Positions 28,523-37,768 of a stretch of DNA of 64,000 nucleotides are shown here, one piece after another. The DNA lies in contig CAWISW010000001.1 of NCBI GenBank assembly GCA_963838925.1, positions 32,001 through 96,000 on the forward strand. Direction: 5' to 3'. Below the pieces are notes generated by a model. It did not search any database. It saw only the letters and a list, made by a program, of their open reading frames with translations, and was not told the origin of the DNA. Numbering within the stretch: the stretch's first letter is position 1; each line of letters begins with the position of its first letter. A program made the translations under genes and the position numbers. Origin of the DNA: an uncultured Nitrososphaerota archaeon. Lineage in GTDB: Archaea; Thermoproteota; Nitrososphaeria; Nitrososphaerales; Gagatemarchaeaceae.

Positions 28523-29717
28523 GGATTAGCGGCTCCCTGTCGTGCTCCGCGTTCCTCTTCATCGTTTCTCTTGCCTCGTCTTCCGTCGATGAATGGTCGA
28601 ACCTCAACCATCCCCTGCGAGAAATGTTGAGAACCGCGATCAAGTCACGGTCTCTCCATATGCCGCAGACCTCGCACCACAATTGGCGATTGTGCATATG
28701 GTCGCCCTGAATTGGAACTTGGAGTCTCTCCCCGCATCGTGGACAATCCATTGTGGTCCCCCTTGTCTCACTCCTAGTTAGAGTGATTACTGGCACTCCG
28801 GCCCAAGCGGCCTTGTACTCTACTTGACGCTTGAACTCGCCGAATGGCCAAGAGTTCATTCTTGCCCTGAATGACCTCCCTTGCCCGTTCCCCCGTCTGT
28901 ATAATTTGCGAATTCCCGTAAGTTGTTCGAAAACTATCGCGTTCTTTTTCGCCAGCGCCTCACCCACAATTCTTTTCGAAACCAGGTTTAGAAGTTGTTT
29001 CGTCCTCGATGATCTCCTTCTTCCGTATTTCGAGGCAATCTGGCCCCTGATTCTCGCATCGGCGCGCTTGAACGAGCTGATGATGGTTCTGCTATTTTGG
29101 GCAATCTTGACCAACTTGGAAACATCATAGTAAGTCACTAATCGACCATTCCCAACTGTGAGATTCCTCAGATTCCTGTCGACTGCAATTACTCCCAGAA
29201 TTTCCGCATGTTCCCTCTCTTTGACATCCTTCGAGATACAAAGAGAAACTGATTCCGGAGTGATAGTAAAGGCCCTCACTGATACATCAGGATCCGATAT
29301 GATGGATTCTGTGTGGGGATTGAGAGGGATTCTCTCGACGCGGGTGGCGTCAAGGCGGATTGCAAGATTACCGTGCTCAATCTTGAACCCATAACACGAC
29401 ACAAGCATTGGTTTCGATAGGTACGGGGTTTTTGAAGGGAATCCTCTCTTGATTGACTTTCTTCTTGCCGACAGAATTCCTGAGGCCTTTGAAATGGCGC
29501 ATAGTACAAAGCCGGATTGACAACCATACCTTCGTCTCAGATCGCCGTACGTCAAGAGGGAAAGTTTCTTCATTGAAGGGTTTCTAGAATTCTTGTTTTC
29601 GAAGTCAATACCGATTCTGATGCAATCATTTGTCATTTGCCTGAACGACTCCATCATTCCCAGCAAATCGCCGCTTGGTCGGAATTCTTGCATTACTGAC
29701 TTTCTCTGGAGTGTCAC
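28476..29717 (-). CDS. tnpB: TnpB RNA-guided nuclease
   Basis: RuvC-I AVDRN, RuvC-II VFEQL, Zn finger CPRCG...CEVCG, RuvC-III DRDLIAVLNI. Confidence 0.92.
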   Translation of the reverse strand: MTLQRKSVMQEFRPSGDLLGMMESFRQMTNDCIRIGIDFENKNSRNPSMKKLSLLTYGDLRRRYGCQSGFVLCAISKASGILSARRKSIKRGFPSKTPYLSKPMLVSCYGFKIEHGNLAIRLDATRVERIPLNPHTESIISDPDVSVRAFTITPESVSLCISKDVKEREHAEILGVIAVDRNLRNLTVGNGRLVTYYDVSKLVKIAQNSRTIISSFKRADARIRGQIASKYGRRRSSRTKQLLNLVSKRIVGEALAKKNAIVFEQLTGIRKLYRRGNGQGRSFRARMNSWPFGEFKRQVEYKAAWAGVPVITLTRSETRGTTMDCPRCGERLQVPIQGDHMHNRQLWCEVCGIWRDRDLIAVLNISRRGWLRFDHSSTEDEARETMKRNAEHDREPLILRVDASKLHLRNQMQ

Positions 29718-29762
29718 GCAGTAGATTATCGCCCTTGGATTTATGCGCCAATGTAAACCGGT
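28476..29762 (-). mobile_element. Non-autonomous tnpB-only IS200/IS605-like (IS1341-type) element inserted in cbf5 3' end; ends uncertain by a few nt
   Basis: Abrupt AT-richer segment; removing it restores an in-frame cbf5 tail; hairpin TGCATCT-N8-AGATGCA at 28480-28501; no tnpA. Confidence 0.8.
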
Positions 29763-29842
29763 ATCGGTCGAAGAAGCAGGACAAGGAGACGAAGGAGACC
29801 GCCGCTGCGGAGGAGCCGGCGGACGCCGAAGAAGAAGAGTGA
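29763..29842 (+). pseudogene. Orphaned original 3' end of cbf5 (YRSKKQDKETKETAAAEEPADAEEEE*)
   Basis: Host-like GC3-rich codons, same frame as cbf5, TGA at 29840-29842. Confidence 0.7.
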
Positions 29843-29849
29843 CGCGCGC

Positions 29850-30359
29850 CTAGGCGGGCTTCCCCGCTTCCGCGAGGCGCTTCCCCAGGAGCACCTCCCC
29901 GGGCACCACCATCATCTCGCGGTACATGAGCAGCGAGCGTATCCTCCCGTACCTCTCGGCCATCTCGGAGCCCTGGAGCCTCTCGAACCCCCTCGAGCCG
30001 AAGAGCGTCTTGGACTCTAGGTTGTCCTCCTCGACGCTCGCGTAGACGTCCCTCACGCCCTCCCTCTCGAAGCGGGCCATGGCGTCGTCGAGGAGCCTCC
30101 CGCCGATCCCCCTCCTCCTGAAGCGGGGCGGGACCGCGACGTAGTAGACGTACCCGGCCCCCTCGGCAACCAGCTTCAGCATTATTAGCCCGGCGTCCTC
30201 CCCGTCCTGCGTCCTCGCGGCCCGGACGACCTCGATGCTCTGTAGGGTCCGCCTGGCGTGCCAGAGGTAGAGCCCCTCGAAGCTCTCCTCGAGGATAGGG
30301 AGGAGCCTCGCCCTCTCGCCCTTCGCCACCTCGACGACCTCTACTTCGGCGGGCGTCAG
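29850..30359 (-). CDS. GNAT family N-acetyltransferase (probable CTG start)
   Basis: YVAVPPRFRRRGIGGRLL, N...GF; CTGA overlap with the upstream stop. Confidence 0.85.
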   Translation of the reverse strand: MTPAEVEVVEVAKGERARLLPILEESFEGLYLWHARRTLQSIEVVRAARTQDGEDAGLIMLKLVAEGAGYVYYVAVPPRFRRRGIGGRLLDDAMARFEREGVRDVYASVEEDNLESKTLFGSRGFERLQGSEMAERYGRIRSLLMYREMMVVPGEVLLGKRLAEAGKPA

Positions 30360-31186
30360 ATGGAGTACAACCTCGAGGCGTTGCGCCACAGTATGCGCTC
30401 CTTGTCGGCCTGCGTCACCTTGAGGGCGGAGACGAGCGAGAGGCCGTCCTCGTGCGTCTCGACGGGGTAGTCCGTCCCGAAGACCAGCTTCTCCGCGCCG
30501 CCCGCATAGTAGACCGCCTCGCTGACCCTCTGCGCGAGCACGCGCATGTACTCCTTCGCATACCCCCCGCCCCCCGCCATCAGGCCCGAGACGTCCGCGA
30601 AGACGTTCCTGTGCTTGTAGAGCAGCTCGGAGGTGTCGAGTATCCACGGGTTGCCGAGGTGGCAGACCACGATCTTCAGCCCTTCCCTCTCGTTAGCGAC
30701 CTCGTCGAGGGTCAGCGGGTGCGCGTGCGCCAACGACCCGTCGCTGCTCGCGGTGTCCCCCGTGTGGAACATGACCGGCAGCCCGTGCTCCTCGGCGTAG
30801 TCGTAGAGGGGAGAGAACACCTCGTCGCGCGCGTAGACCTTGCGGTAGCCGAGCCAGATCTTGAACGCCTTCACGAACCCCTTCTCGGCGCGCGCCAGCC
30901 TCATCGCGTCCGCGACCGCGCTCTTCCGGGGCTCCACCGTGAAGACGGGGAAGAGCTTGTCCTTGCTCTTCTGGCAGAGCCTCACCACCTCGACGTTCGG
31001 CAGGGGGAGGCCTCCGCGCATAGGCGGGCTGAGGAGGAGGGCGCGGCCCACGCCGTTCGAACGCATCTCATCCAGCAGCTCCTCGAGGTCGTAGCGAAGG
31101 CCGTTGAGCTTCGCGTAGGGCCTCAGCCGGTCGTCCCTCCTCTTGTCGGAGCAGTGGACGTGCGCGTCGATGACTCGGTCCAACAC
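30356..31186 (-). CDS. Amidohydrolase family (TIM-barrel metallohydrolase)
   Basis: IDAHVH, FHTGD, CHLGNP, FGTDYP. Confidence 0.9.
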   Translation of the reverse strand: MLDRVIDAHVHCSDKRRDDRLRPYAKLNGLRYDLEELLDEMRSNGVGRALLLSPPMRGGLPLPNVEVVRLCQKSKDKLFPVFTVEPRKSAVADAMRLARAEKGFVKAFKIWLGYRKVYARDEVFSPLYDYAEEHGLPVMFHTGDTASSDGSLAHAHPLTLDEVANEREGLKIVVCHLGNPWILDTSELLYKHRNVFADVSGLMAGGGGYAKEYMRVLAQRVSEAVYYAGGAEKLVFGTDYPVETHEDGLSLVSALKVTQADKERILWRNASRLYSI

Positions 31187-32383
31187 TCATCGGCCCTCGT
31201 CGGAGCTTATCTCCTTTGGCTGCGCGCTGGGAGGGTCTCGATAGAAGCCGACCACCATCACCAGCAGCAGTAGGTATGGCACAGCCGATGTGAAGACGAG
31301 CACGGAGGAGACCGGGCCGCCAACCACCCCCGCTATCCCCGGCCCCAAGAACGCGCCCACGAATCCCGAAGTCTGGACGAGGCTTGTCGCGGCGGTCCGC
31401 CTGCCCTCGGGGACATTGACCTGGCACATCGCGGTGAGGAGCGACCAGAACATGTTCCCGAGGATGCCCGTGAGGATCACGAACAAGATCGCGACGGGAT
31501 AGGACCTCGCCTCGTACACGCCTAGCATCGAGATTGCCGGAAGGACGGCGCTCAAGGTCGCGCTCCTCCTCCCCCCGACCCGGTCGAAGAGCGTCCCACC
31601 GGCGAGGGTGCCCAAGCCCCCCAGGCCGAGCCCTATCCCGAAGAAGGAGTCGATGGTGGTGGAGCTCACCCCTGAGGCCCCGAAGCTCGAGAGGAGGAAC
31701 TTCGGCGTCCACGAGAGGTAGACCAGGAAGCCAAAGTCGGCGAAGAAGGCGGAGACCGCGAGCACAAGGATGACCCTCTTCCTTAGCAGTTCCCCGAAGG
31801 CGCTGAAAGCCGTCGTGGACGTCGAGCTGACGCCCGTCCCCAGCACCGCGACGAAGACCACGAAGAACAGGAGCCCGATCGCGGCGAACGCGGCGAACGG
31901 GGCGTCCCAGCCGTAGGACGCGAGAAGGAAGCCCGCCGACGAGGGGCCGACGAACCCGGCGAAGCTGTAGAACGACGTGACGAAGCTTGCGGCCAAACCC
32001 CTCCGCCCCGGGAACATGGCGGCAGCGACCCCGTACGACGGCGTGATCATCAGGCCGCTCCCGAACGCGGCCACAAGGAACGGGATGGAGAATGAGAGCA
32101 GACCAGAGGAGACCGCCACCACCCCCATCGAGACCGAGAAGAGCAGGAAGCCTGCGAGGATGGTCTTGAGGTCCCCGAACCGCGACGCCAGGTACCCCGA
32201 CCCTATCACGCCCAGGCCCACCATCCCGACGGAGGCCGAGACCACCCCGCCCGCTGTCGCGTCGCTCACGGCGTAGACGCTCTCGAGGCCTGGGACGAGG
32301 ACGCCCAGCGAGAACCTGTAGAGGCCGTACAGGAACGCGGGGAGGACCAGCGCGACCAGTGTCGCCAGCCGCCGCGGGTTCAT
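31187..32383 (-). CDS. MFS transporter
   Basis: About 12 TM; GYLASRFG and LFDRVGGRR motifs. Confidence 0.85.
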   Translation of the reverse strand: MNPRRLATLVALVLPAFLYGLYRFSLGVLVPGLESVYAVSDATAGGVVSASVGMVGLGVIGSGYLASRFGDLKTILAGFLLFSVSMGVVAVSSGLLSFSIPFLVAAFGSGLMITPSYGVAAAMFPGRRGLAASFVTSFYSFAGFVGPSSAGFLLASYGWDAPFAAFAAIGLLFFVVFVAVLGTGVSSTSTTAFSAFGELLRKRVILVLAVSAFFADFGFLVYLSWTPKFLLSSFGASGVSSTTIDSFFGIGLGLGGLGTLAGGTLFDRVGGRRSATLSAVLPAISMLGVYEARSYPVAILFVILTGILGNMFWSLLTAMCQVNVPEGRRTAATSLVQTSGFVGAFLGPGIAGVVGGPVSSVLVFTSAVPYLLLLVMVVGFYRDPPSAQPKEISSDEGR

Positions 32384-32475
32384 GCTACCTCGTCCACCTG
32401 GCCAGTTATTGTGCGTGCGCCCGAGGCGCCCCTCGGGAACCTATTTGTGCCGGTCGCGGAGCCCCGTGATGCAAG

Positions 32476-32560
32476 GCCGGCGTATGGGTAACCTGGTAAC
32501 CCAGCAGCCTGGAAAGCTGCCGTCCGAAAGGGCTTGCAAGTTCAAATCTTGCCGCCGGCG
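32476..32560 (+). tRNA. tRNA-Ser (GGA)
   Basis: Acceptor GCCGGCG/CGCCGGC, anticodon arm GCAGC-CTGGAAA-GCTGC, long variable arm, T arm GCAAG-TTCAAAT-CTTGC, discriminator G. Confidence 0.93.
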
Positions 32561-32610
32561 CCTCAAACCTCTCACGGTTAATCAGGTCACGATGGGGGCT
32601 CCCCTATCGG

Positions 32611-33075
32611 TCATAGGCTTCCCGAAATATGCTTGAAATCGCAAATCAAGAATTCCGCCTTTGTCATCCTAACCAATTTGATGATTTCACGGCTTCGGAG
32701 CAACAGCTCGTCCTCCGTGACTAGAATCTCGCAAGTCAATACCGCGGATGCCAAAATCACACAGTCTATGAAGTCAGGATTATGTCGCCTGAGAGCAATC
32801 GCAAGTGGAATGACCCCCTTCTCATACGGGCCAACTTTCCAAAGTGTCTCGTCTCTGACGATTGATTGAATTGCCTGCTCAAGACGTTGAGCATCGGCAG
32901 AGCCATCGCCAACAAGCTTTGCTCCTTTGGCCGCAAGTTCGAAGAGAGACATCTCTGATATGAACAGATGGTGTCCGACTCCTGATGCCCTCTCAAGTGC
33001 ATCCCTCTCGATGCCTCGGACTTTGATTCCAGCAATGGGAAAAAGGTACGTGGTGTCCAGTAAGATCTTCGCCAT
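32611..33075 (-). CDS. vapC: PIN-domain toxin (VapC family)
   Basis: ILLDTT, SLFE, DFIDCVI, LVTED acidic motifs. Confidence 0.88.
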   Translation of the reverse strand: MAKILLDTTYLFPIAGIKVRGIERDALERASGVGHHLFISEMSLFELAAKGAKLVGDGSADAQRLEQAIQSIVRDETLWKVGPYEKGVIPLAIALRRHNPDFIDCVILASAVLTCEILVTEDELLLRSREIIKLVRMTKAEFLICDFKHISGSL

Positions 33076-33091
33076 GGGGATTCAATCAGAC

Positions 33092-33340
33092 TCAAGTCTT
33101 GCCTTCAAGTCTCGCAGAAAGCTCTCTCCGGTGGTCGTGGACTTCTCTTAGTGAAATTTCCACCGTGGGCTCCATCTTTAGCAAGTCAGCAACGCTTGGA
33201 ATCGGCTCGACGACCAGTTTTCTCCCTTCCAGTGTATATTTGACCTTCATGCCGGGTTTCAAGCCAAGGGCACGGCGCATTTTCTTGGGTGGGTAAAGCT
33301 CTTCCTTTGAACCCACGGTGCTCTCCATCTCGGTAGCCAT
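33092..33340 (-). CDS. vapB: AbrB/MazE-fold antitoxin (VapB)
   Basis: VGSKEELYPPKKMRRALGLKPGMKV...LVVEP; directly upstream of PIN gene. Confidence 0.85.
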   Translation of the reverse strand: MATEMESTVGSKEELYPPKKMRRALGLKPGMKVKYTLEGRKLVVEPIPSVADLLKMEPTVEISLREVHDHRRELSARLEGKT

Positions 33341-33420
33341 CCGGAATAACCAAGGTTGCCGGCTATTTAATTTTTACCCAGTAATTCTCCTTGCGCCGGA
33401 ATCGTAGTGTTTTCCTGAAA

Positions 33421-33480
33421 CAGCCTGGGAAAGCTGCCGTCCGAAAGGGCTTGCAAGTTCAAATCTTGCCGCCGGCGCCA
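33421..33480 (+). repeat. att-like duplicate of the tRNA-Ser 3' part, ending in CCA
   Basis: Identical to 32505-32562 except one extra G in the anticodon loop. Confidence 0.9.
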
Positions 33481-33518
33481 CCAATCCCGCTCCAGCTCCC
33501 GACTCGGTGAGGGCCCGC

Positions 33519-34628
33519 CTACTTCTCCGGCTCCTGCTCTTTCTTTGGGCGCTGGGGGTTCCCCGTCAATCGCTCGATGATGCCGGAGACCTTTGACTCG
33601 CTCAAGGTCGCCGAGGACTTCTCTCCCAGGAGCCCCTGAGGCCTCAGCAGCAGTATGAGGATGAGGGCCGATCCGAACACCAGATACTCCAGCCAGTTCA
33701 CGTCGAACGGGATGAAGCTCTGAAGCGCGAACTTCTCCGCGTCGATGAACTTGGTGAGGAAGACGAAGACGAACGAGCCCAAGGCCACGCCGAAGTTGTT
33801 CGCCACCCCTCCCATTATCACTATCAGCCAGGGCCAGAAAGTCCACGACACCCTGTCGTATATGCCGGGGTTCGTGTCGCCGGAGTATATCGTGAAGAGG
33901 GCCCCGGCGATGCCCGTGATCACCGCCGCGATTATGAGCACGTTCCTCCTTATCGCGACGGTGTCCTTCCCCAGGGCCTCCGACGCCGCCTCGTTGTCCC
34001 TCATCGCCCTGAGCGTCCTGCCCAGAGGCGACCTCACGAGCCTCTCCGCGTACACATAGACTATCACGGCGAAGGCCGTGATGAGAAGCGTGGCAGCGAG
34101 CGTCGAGTAACCCCCGGCCCACGCGAAGAGGTCGGGTATCCCGATGCCGAACGTCCCGTTGATGACCGGGGTGTAGTTGTTCAGGAAGATCTGGAAGAAG
34201 GCCGCGGCCCCGAGGAGCAGCATCGCCAGGTAGTCCTCCCGGAGCCTCATCGCGGGGAAGATGGAGATGTACCCCAGGAACGCCCCGACCAGGCCACCGA
34301 CGAGGAGCGTGACCCCGATCAGCGCGACCGAGACGGGGACGTTGTGCTGGAGCATCGTCGTCATGTTGTTCGCGATGATGAAGTTGTCGATCCCGACCGG
34401 GTTCCCGCCCACCTTGAGGAGGAGCGCGGCCACCCTGATCGCGACCGACCCTGAGAAGGCGGCGCCCCCCGCGAAATAGAGCACCTTGCCGAAGTTGGGT
34501 ATCCCCGCGTAGCCCATCTCGAGGTTGAGGCTGATGCTGATGGCGAGGTAGATCGCGAAGAAGGCGAGCAGGTCGGTGAGGAAGGAGCCCCAGTTGGCTA
34601 TCCCGAGGATCGCTAGGGGCGGGAGCAT
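33519..34628 (-). CDS. livM: Branched-chain amino acid ABC permease (LivM-like)
   Basis: SLNLEMGYAGIPNFG, RLREDYLAM, GRTLRAMRDNE. Confidence 0.9.
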   Translation of the reverse strand: MLPPLAILGIANWGSFLTDLLAFFAIYLAISISLNLEMGYAGIPNFGKVLYFAGGAAFSGSVAIRVAALLLKVGGNPVGIDNFIIANNMTTMLQHNVPVSVALIGVTLLVGGLVGAFLGYISIFPAMRLREDYLAMLLLGAAAFFQIFLNNYTPVINGTFGIGIPDLFAWAGGYSTLAATLLITAFAVIVYVYAERLVRSPLGRTLRAMRDNEAASEALGKDTVAIRRNVLIIAAVITGIAGALFTIYSGDTNPGIYDRVSWTFWPWLIVIMGGVANNFGVALGSFVFVFLTKFIDAEKFALQSFIPFDVNWLEYLVFGSALILILLLRPQGLLGEKSSATLSESKVSGIIERLTGNPQRPKKEQEPEK

Positions 34629-34632
34629 CTGC

Positions 34633-35565
34633 CTAGCCTCCTCTCCTCGAGAGGAAGCCCCTCCAGTCCAAAGAAGTTATCCCGCCGGGGAACACCAGGA
34701 GCGCGACCACCATTATGAGGAGAGGAATGCCGCTCTCGTACGCGATGACCCACGAACCCAGGTATGCGGCGCCGAACGTGGTGATGAGTATCTCCCCGGC
34801 GCCCACCAGCAGGCCGCCTACGACAGCTCCGTAGATGTTCTTGAGCCCCCCGAGGATGCTCCCCGCAAACATCGCGATGAGGAGCTGGGAGCCCACGTCA
34901 GGCTCCCCGGGCTGCCACAGCACGTAGAAATTCCCGGCGACGCCCGCCAAGCCTCCGGCCGCGAACCAGGAGATCAGGTATACCGCCTCCGTGTTGACGC
35001 CGATGGTCCTCGCGAGGTTGGGGTTCTCTACCGTCGCCCTCATCGCTATCCCGAAGGTCGTCCTCGTAAGGAGGAGGTAGAGGCCGACAGTTATGGCCGC
35101 TAGGGCAATCGGGGCGACGTAGACCACGCCGTCGACTCCAAGGAACGTGAAATCGGCCGAGGTGAGGGCGTAGAAGAGCTTCGCGTCTGGGATGCGGAAC
35201 GCCGAGCTGAGGTAGTCGGTGTAGATCCCGAAGATCCCGATGAACACGATGTCGACCGCGAGCGTGGCTATCATGAGCGAGATCACCGACGCCCCCCTCC
35301 TCGAGAGAGGCCTCAGCACCACGAGGTACATCACCAGCGCCACGGCTCCCCCCGCGATGAACGAAAGCGGGAGCGACGCGTACGGCCCCAAGTGGTAGAT
35401 CCTTAGCAGAGAGAAGCAAGTGTACGCGCCCACGGTCACGAACGCCCCCTGTGCGAAGTTGGGAACCTTGGTAGTGAGGTAGGTTAGCGTCAGCCCGAGG
35501 CTCATGAGCGCGAAGAGAGAACCGTAGATGACGGCGCTGATGACGTACGGCGGTAGAGCGAAGAT
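34633..35565 (-). CDS. livH: Branched-chain amino acid ABC permease (LivH-like); probable ATC start
   Basis: YGSLFALMSLGLTL, PNFAQG, GIAMRA, ILGGL; first in-frame ATG (35505) lies inside helix 1. Confidence 0.9.
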   Translation of the reverse strand: MFALPPYVISAVIYGSLFALMSLGLTLTYLTTKVPNFAQGAFVTVGAYTCFSLLRIYHLGPYASLPLSFIAGGAVALVMYLVVLRPLSRRGASVISLMIATLAVDIVFIGIFGIYTDYLSSAFRIPDAKLFYALTSADFTFLGVDGVVYVAPIALAAITVGLYLLLTRTTFGIAMRATVENPNLARTIGVNTEAVYLISWFAAGGLAGVAGNFYVLWQPGEPDVGSQLLIAMFAGSILGGLKNIYGAVVGGLLVGAGEILITTFGAAYLGSWVIAYESGIPLLIMVVALLVFPGGITSLDWRGFLSRRGG

Positions 35566-35630
35566 CGCCTACACCTTTCAAACTCAAAGTCGTTGCAAGT
35601 CTTAAATAGTTTCCGAAGTATTGTGGCGCT

Positions 35631-36971
35631 ATGAGACTATTGAGAAGGAAGGGGGCCTCTAGCGCTATGGCGGCAGCTCTGCTCGTTGTAGGATTGCTCG
35701 TAGGCGCGGGGCTGACATACGCCTTGACCTCCTCCTCTAGCTCCTCGGCGACCTCGACGGTCACCAGCACTAGCACCGTCAGCGGGACCGCCGCGGCGAG
35801 CGGCCTCTCAGGCACGATAACCATCGGAGACCTGACCGACCTCTCCGGCGCGCTTTCCGCCATCGGCACGCAGCAGAAGACTGCGGTCGACCTGGCGATT
35901 ACCGATATCAACGCTTACATGGTAAAGGCGGGCATGAGCAACGTGAAGTTCGCAGCCCAAGACGATGACACGGGCCTCGTCCCGGCGACGGCGCTCTCCG
36001 ACCTCCAGAGCATGCACGCCAGCGGGATCCAGGCGGTAGTGGGTCCGCTGACCAGCGGAGAGGCGAGCACAATCCTCCAGTACGCCGACCAGAACCACAT
36101 GGTCCTGATCAGCGCGTCCTCCACCGCGATCAGCCTGGCAATCCCCAACGACTACCTCTTCAGGCTAGTCCCGAACGACGCGGCACAGAGCTTCGCGATA
36201 GCGAGGGAGCTGGTGAACGAGAACATCAAGGACATCGTCCTCGTCGACCAGAACACCGTCTACGGAATCGGCTTGGCCAACGCCACCGCGGTCAGGTTCC
36301 AGGCCCTGGGAGGCAACGTCCAGGACAACATCCAGTACGTCTCCACAGCCACTGACTTCACTCCGACGCTCACGACCGCCCAGAGTGACTACAACGCAGC
36401 CGTCGCCAAGTACGGCGCCAGCTCGGTAGCCGTAGTAGCGATTGGTTACCAGGAGGTCGGGCAGATGCTCGTGCAGGCAAAGAGCAGCTTCCCCACCCTT
36501 CTGAAGACGACGTGGTTCGGTTCCGACGGCGAGTCCCAGAACACCGACTTCACCAACTCGACCGGCGGGGTAGGCTCGATAGCGTCGCAGGTCAGGCTCA
36601 TCAGCACCATCGGTGAGTCTGCGGCCGCGACGGACAAGACGAACGCGTTCGTGACCGAGTTCACCGCGGCGTTCCACTCTGCCCCCGACTCGTACGCGAT
36701 AAGCGCCTACGACGCGACTTGGGTGGCGGCGCTCTCCATCCTGGCCGCGGGACAGAACAACGGGGCGGCGATCCAGGCAGTCCTGCCATCGGTCGCTTAC
36801 AACTACTTCGGCGCGTCCGGTTGGACTGAGCTGCAGCCCTCAGGAGACCTAGCCCCGGTGGGCTACTCCATCTATGAGGTGCAGGCCTCCAGCTCGGGAG
36901 ACAACTGGGTGCTCGCGGGAACGTACACGGCGGCTAGCGACACGATCGCCTGGCAGCCCGGAATGCCTTAG
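35631..36971 (+). CDS. Branched-chain amino acid ABC substrate-binding protein
   Basis: IGDLTDLSG, VVGPLTS, FRLVPND, AYDA; N-terminal RKG + hydrophobic helix + S/T linker. Confidence 0.9.
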   Translation: MRLLRRKGASSAMAAALLVVGLLVGAGLTYALTSSSSSSATSTVTSTSTVSGTAAASGLSGTITIGDLTDLSGALSAIGTQQKTAVDLAITDINAYMVKAGMSNVKFAAQDDDTGLVPATALSDLQSMHASGIQAVVGPLTSGEASTILQYADQNHMVLISASSTAISLAIPNDYLFRLVPNDAAQSFAIARELVNENIKDIVLVDQNTVYGIGLANATAVRFQALGGNVQDNIQYVSTATDFTPTLTTAQSDYNAAVAKYGASSVAVVAIGYQEVGQMLVQAKSSFPTLLKTTWFGSDGESQNTDFTNSTGGVGSIASQVRLISTIGESAAATDKTNAFVTEFTAAFHSAPDSYAISAYDATWVAALSILAAGQNNGAAIQAVLPSVAYNYFGASGWTELQPSGDLAPVGYSIYEVQASSSGDNWVLAGTYTAASDTIAWQPGMP

Positions 36972-36997
36972 TAGCCCCCGTCCCCCGTTCTTCTCCA

Positions 36998-37765
36998 TTG
37001 GCCTCCGAGGGAGAAGTCCTTAGGGTCAGCGATGTCCGCAAGTCTTTCGGGAGGCTCCAGGCCATCGACGGGGTTTCGTTCTCGCTCGCCCCCGAGAAGA
37101 TCACCATCCTGATCGGCCCGAACGGGTCGGGCAAGACCACGCTCGTCAACGTCATCTCGGGATACTACAAGCCGGACGAGGGCGACGTCTTCTACAGGGG
37201 GACGAAGATAACGGGATGGCCGCCTCACAGGATCTATCACGCCGGTATCGCCAGGACGTTCCAGATACCCTCGCTCTTCCTGAAGCTGAACGTCCTCGAG
37301 AACGTGCTCGCCGCGGAGAGGGTGAACCCGGGCGAGAGCTTCCTCAGGGCGCCCTTCAGGGGGATGTGGATGAAGCCGGAGGAGAACTCGACGGAGAAGG
37401 CGGCCAGGATCCTCGACCTGCTGGGGCTCTCAGGCTTGTGGAACAAGCAGGCGAGCACGCTGAGCGGAGGGCAGATGAAGCTCCTCGAGATGGGCAGGGC
37501 CCTCATGAGCGGCGCCAAGGTGCTCCTCCTGGACGAGCCCATCTCGGGGGTAAACCCGACGCTCGCCCACGAGATATTCGCCGCCCTGGTCAGGTCTCGC
37601 GAGGAGATGGGCGTCACCTTCCTCATCATCGAGCACCGACTGGACATTGCCCTCGGCTACGTCGACCACGCGATCGCGATGGCCTTCGGCAAGATCATCG
37701 CCTCAGGAACCTCCGAGGAAGTGATCAGCGACCCCGGGGTCATCGAGGCATACCTGGGTGGTTGA
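36998..37765 (+). CDS. livG: ABC ATPase LivG-like
   Basis: GPNGSGKTT, ARTFQ, LSGGQ, LLDEP, IEH. Confidence 0.9.
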   Translation: MASEGEVLRVSDVRKSFGRLQAIDGVSFSLAPEKITILIGPNGSGKTTLVNVISGYYKPDEGDVFYRGTKITGWPPHRIYHAGIARTFQIPSLFLKLNVLENVLAAERVNPGESFLRAPFRGMWMKPEENSTEKAARILDLLGLSGLWNKQASTLSGGQMKLLEMGRALMSGAKVLLLDEPISGVNPTLAHEIFAALVRSREEMGVTFLIIEHRLDIALGYVDHAIAMAFGKIIASGTSEEVISDPGVIEAYLGG

Positions 37766-37768
37766 GGA

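Larger units (their letters stand above)
32505..33479. mobile_element. Minimal tRNA-integrated island bounded by 58/59-bp direct repeats, carrying only a vapBC pair
   Basis: 32505-32562 repeated at 33421-33479 with one extra G; AT-richer 858-bp interior; no integrase. Confidence 0.8.

Noticed and set aside
28475-29725. 8-bp inverted repeat TCTACTGC/GCAGTAGA as terminal inverted repeats
   Set aside because: The second copy is about 40 bp inside the inferred end, and tnpB elements do not use TIRs; could be chance
33421-33483. Second tRNA-Ser with an 8-nt anticodon loop (possible frameshift suppressor)
   Set aside because: Lacks the 5' acceptor strand and D arm; it is an att repeat
33367-34122. 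251-aa ORF crossing the att repeat, as a possible split integrase
   Set aside because: Alternative frame of livM with no tyrosine recombinase motifs
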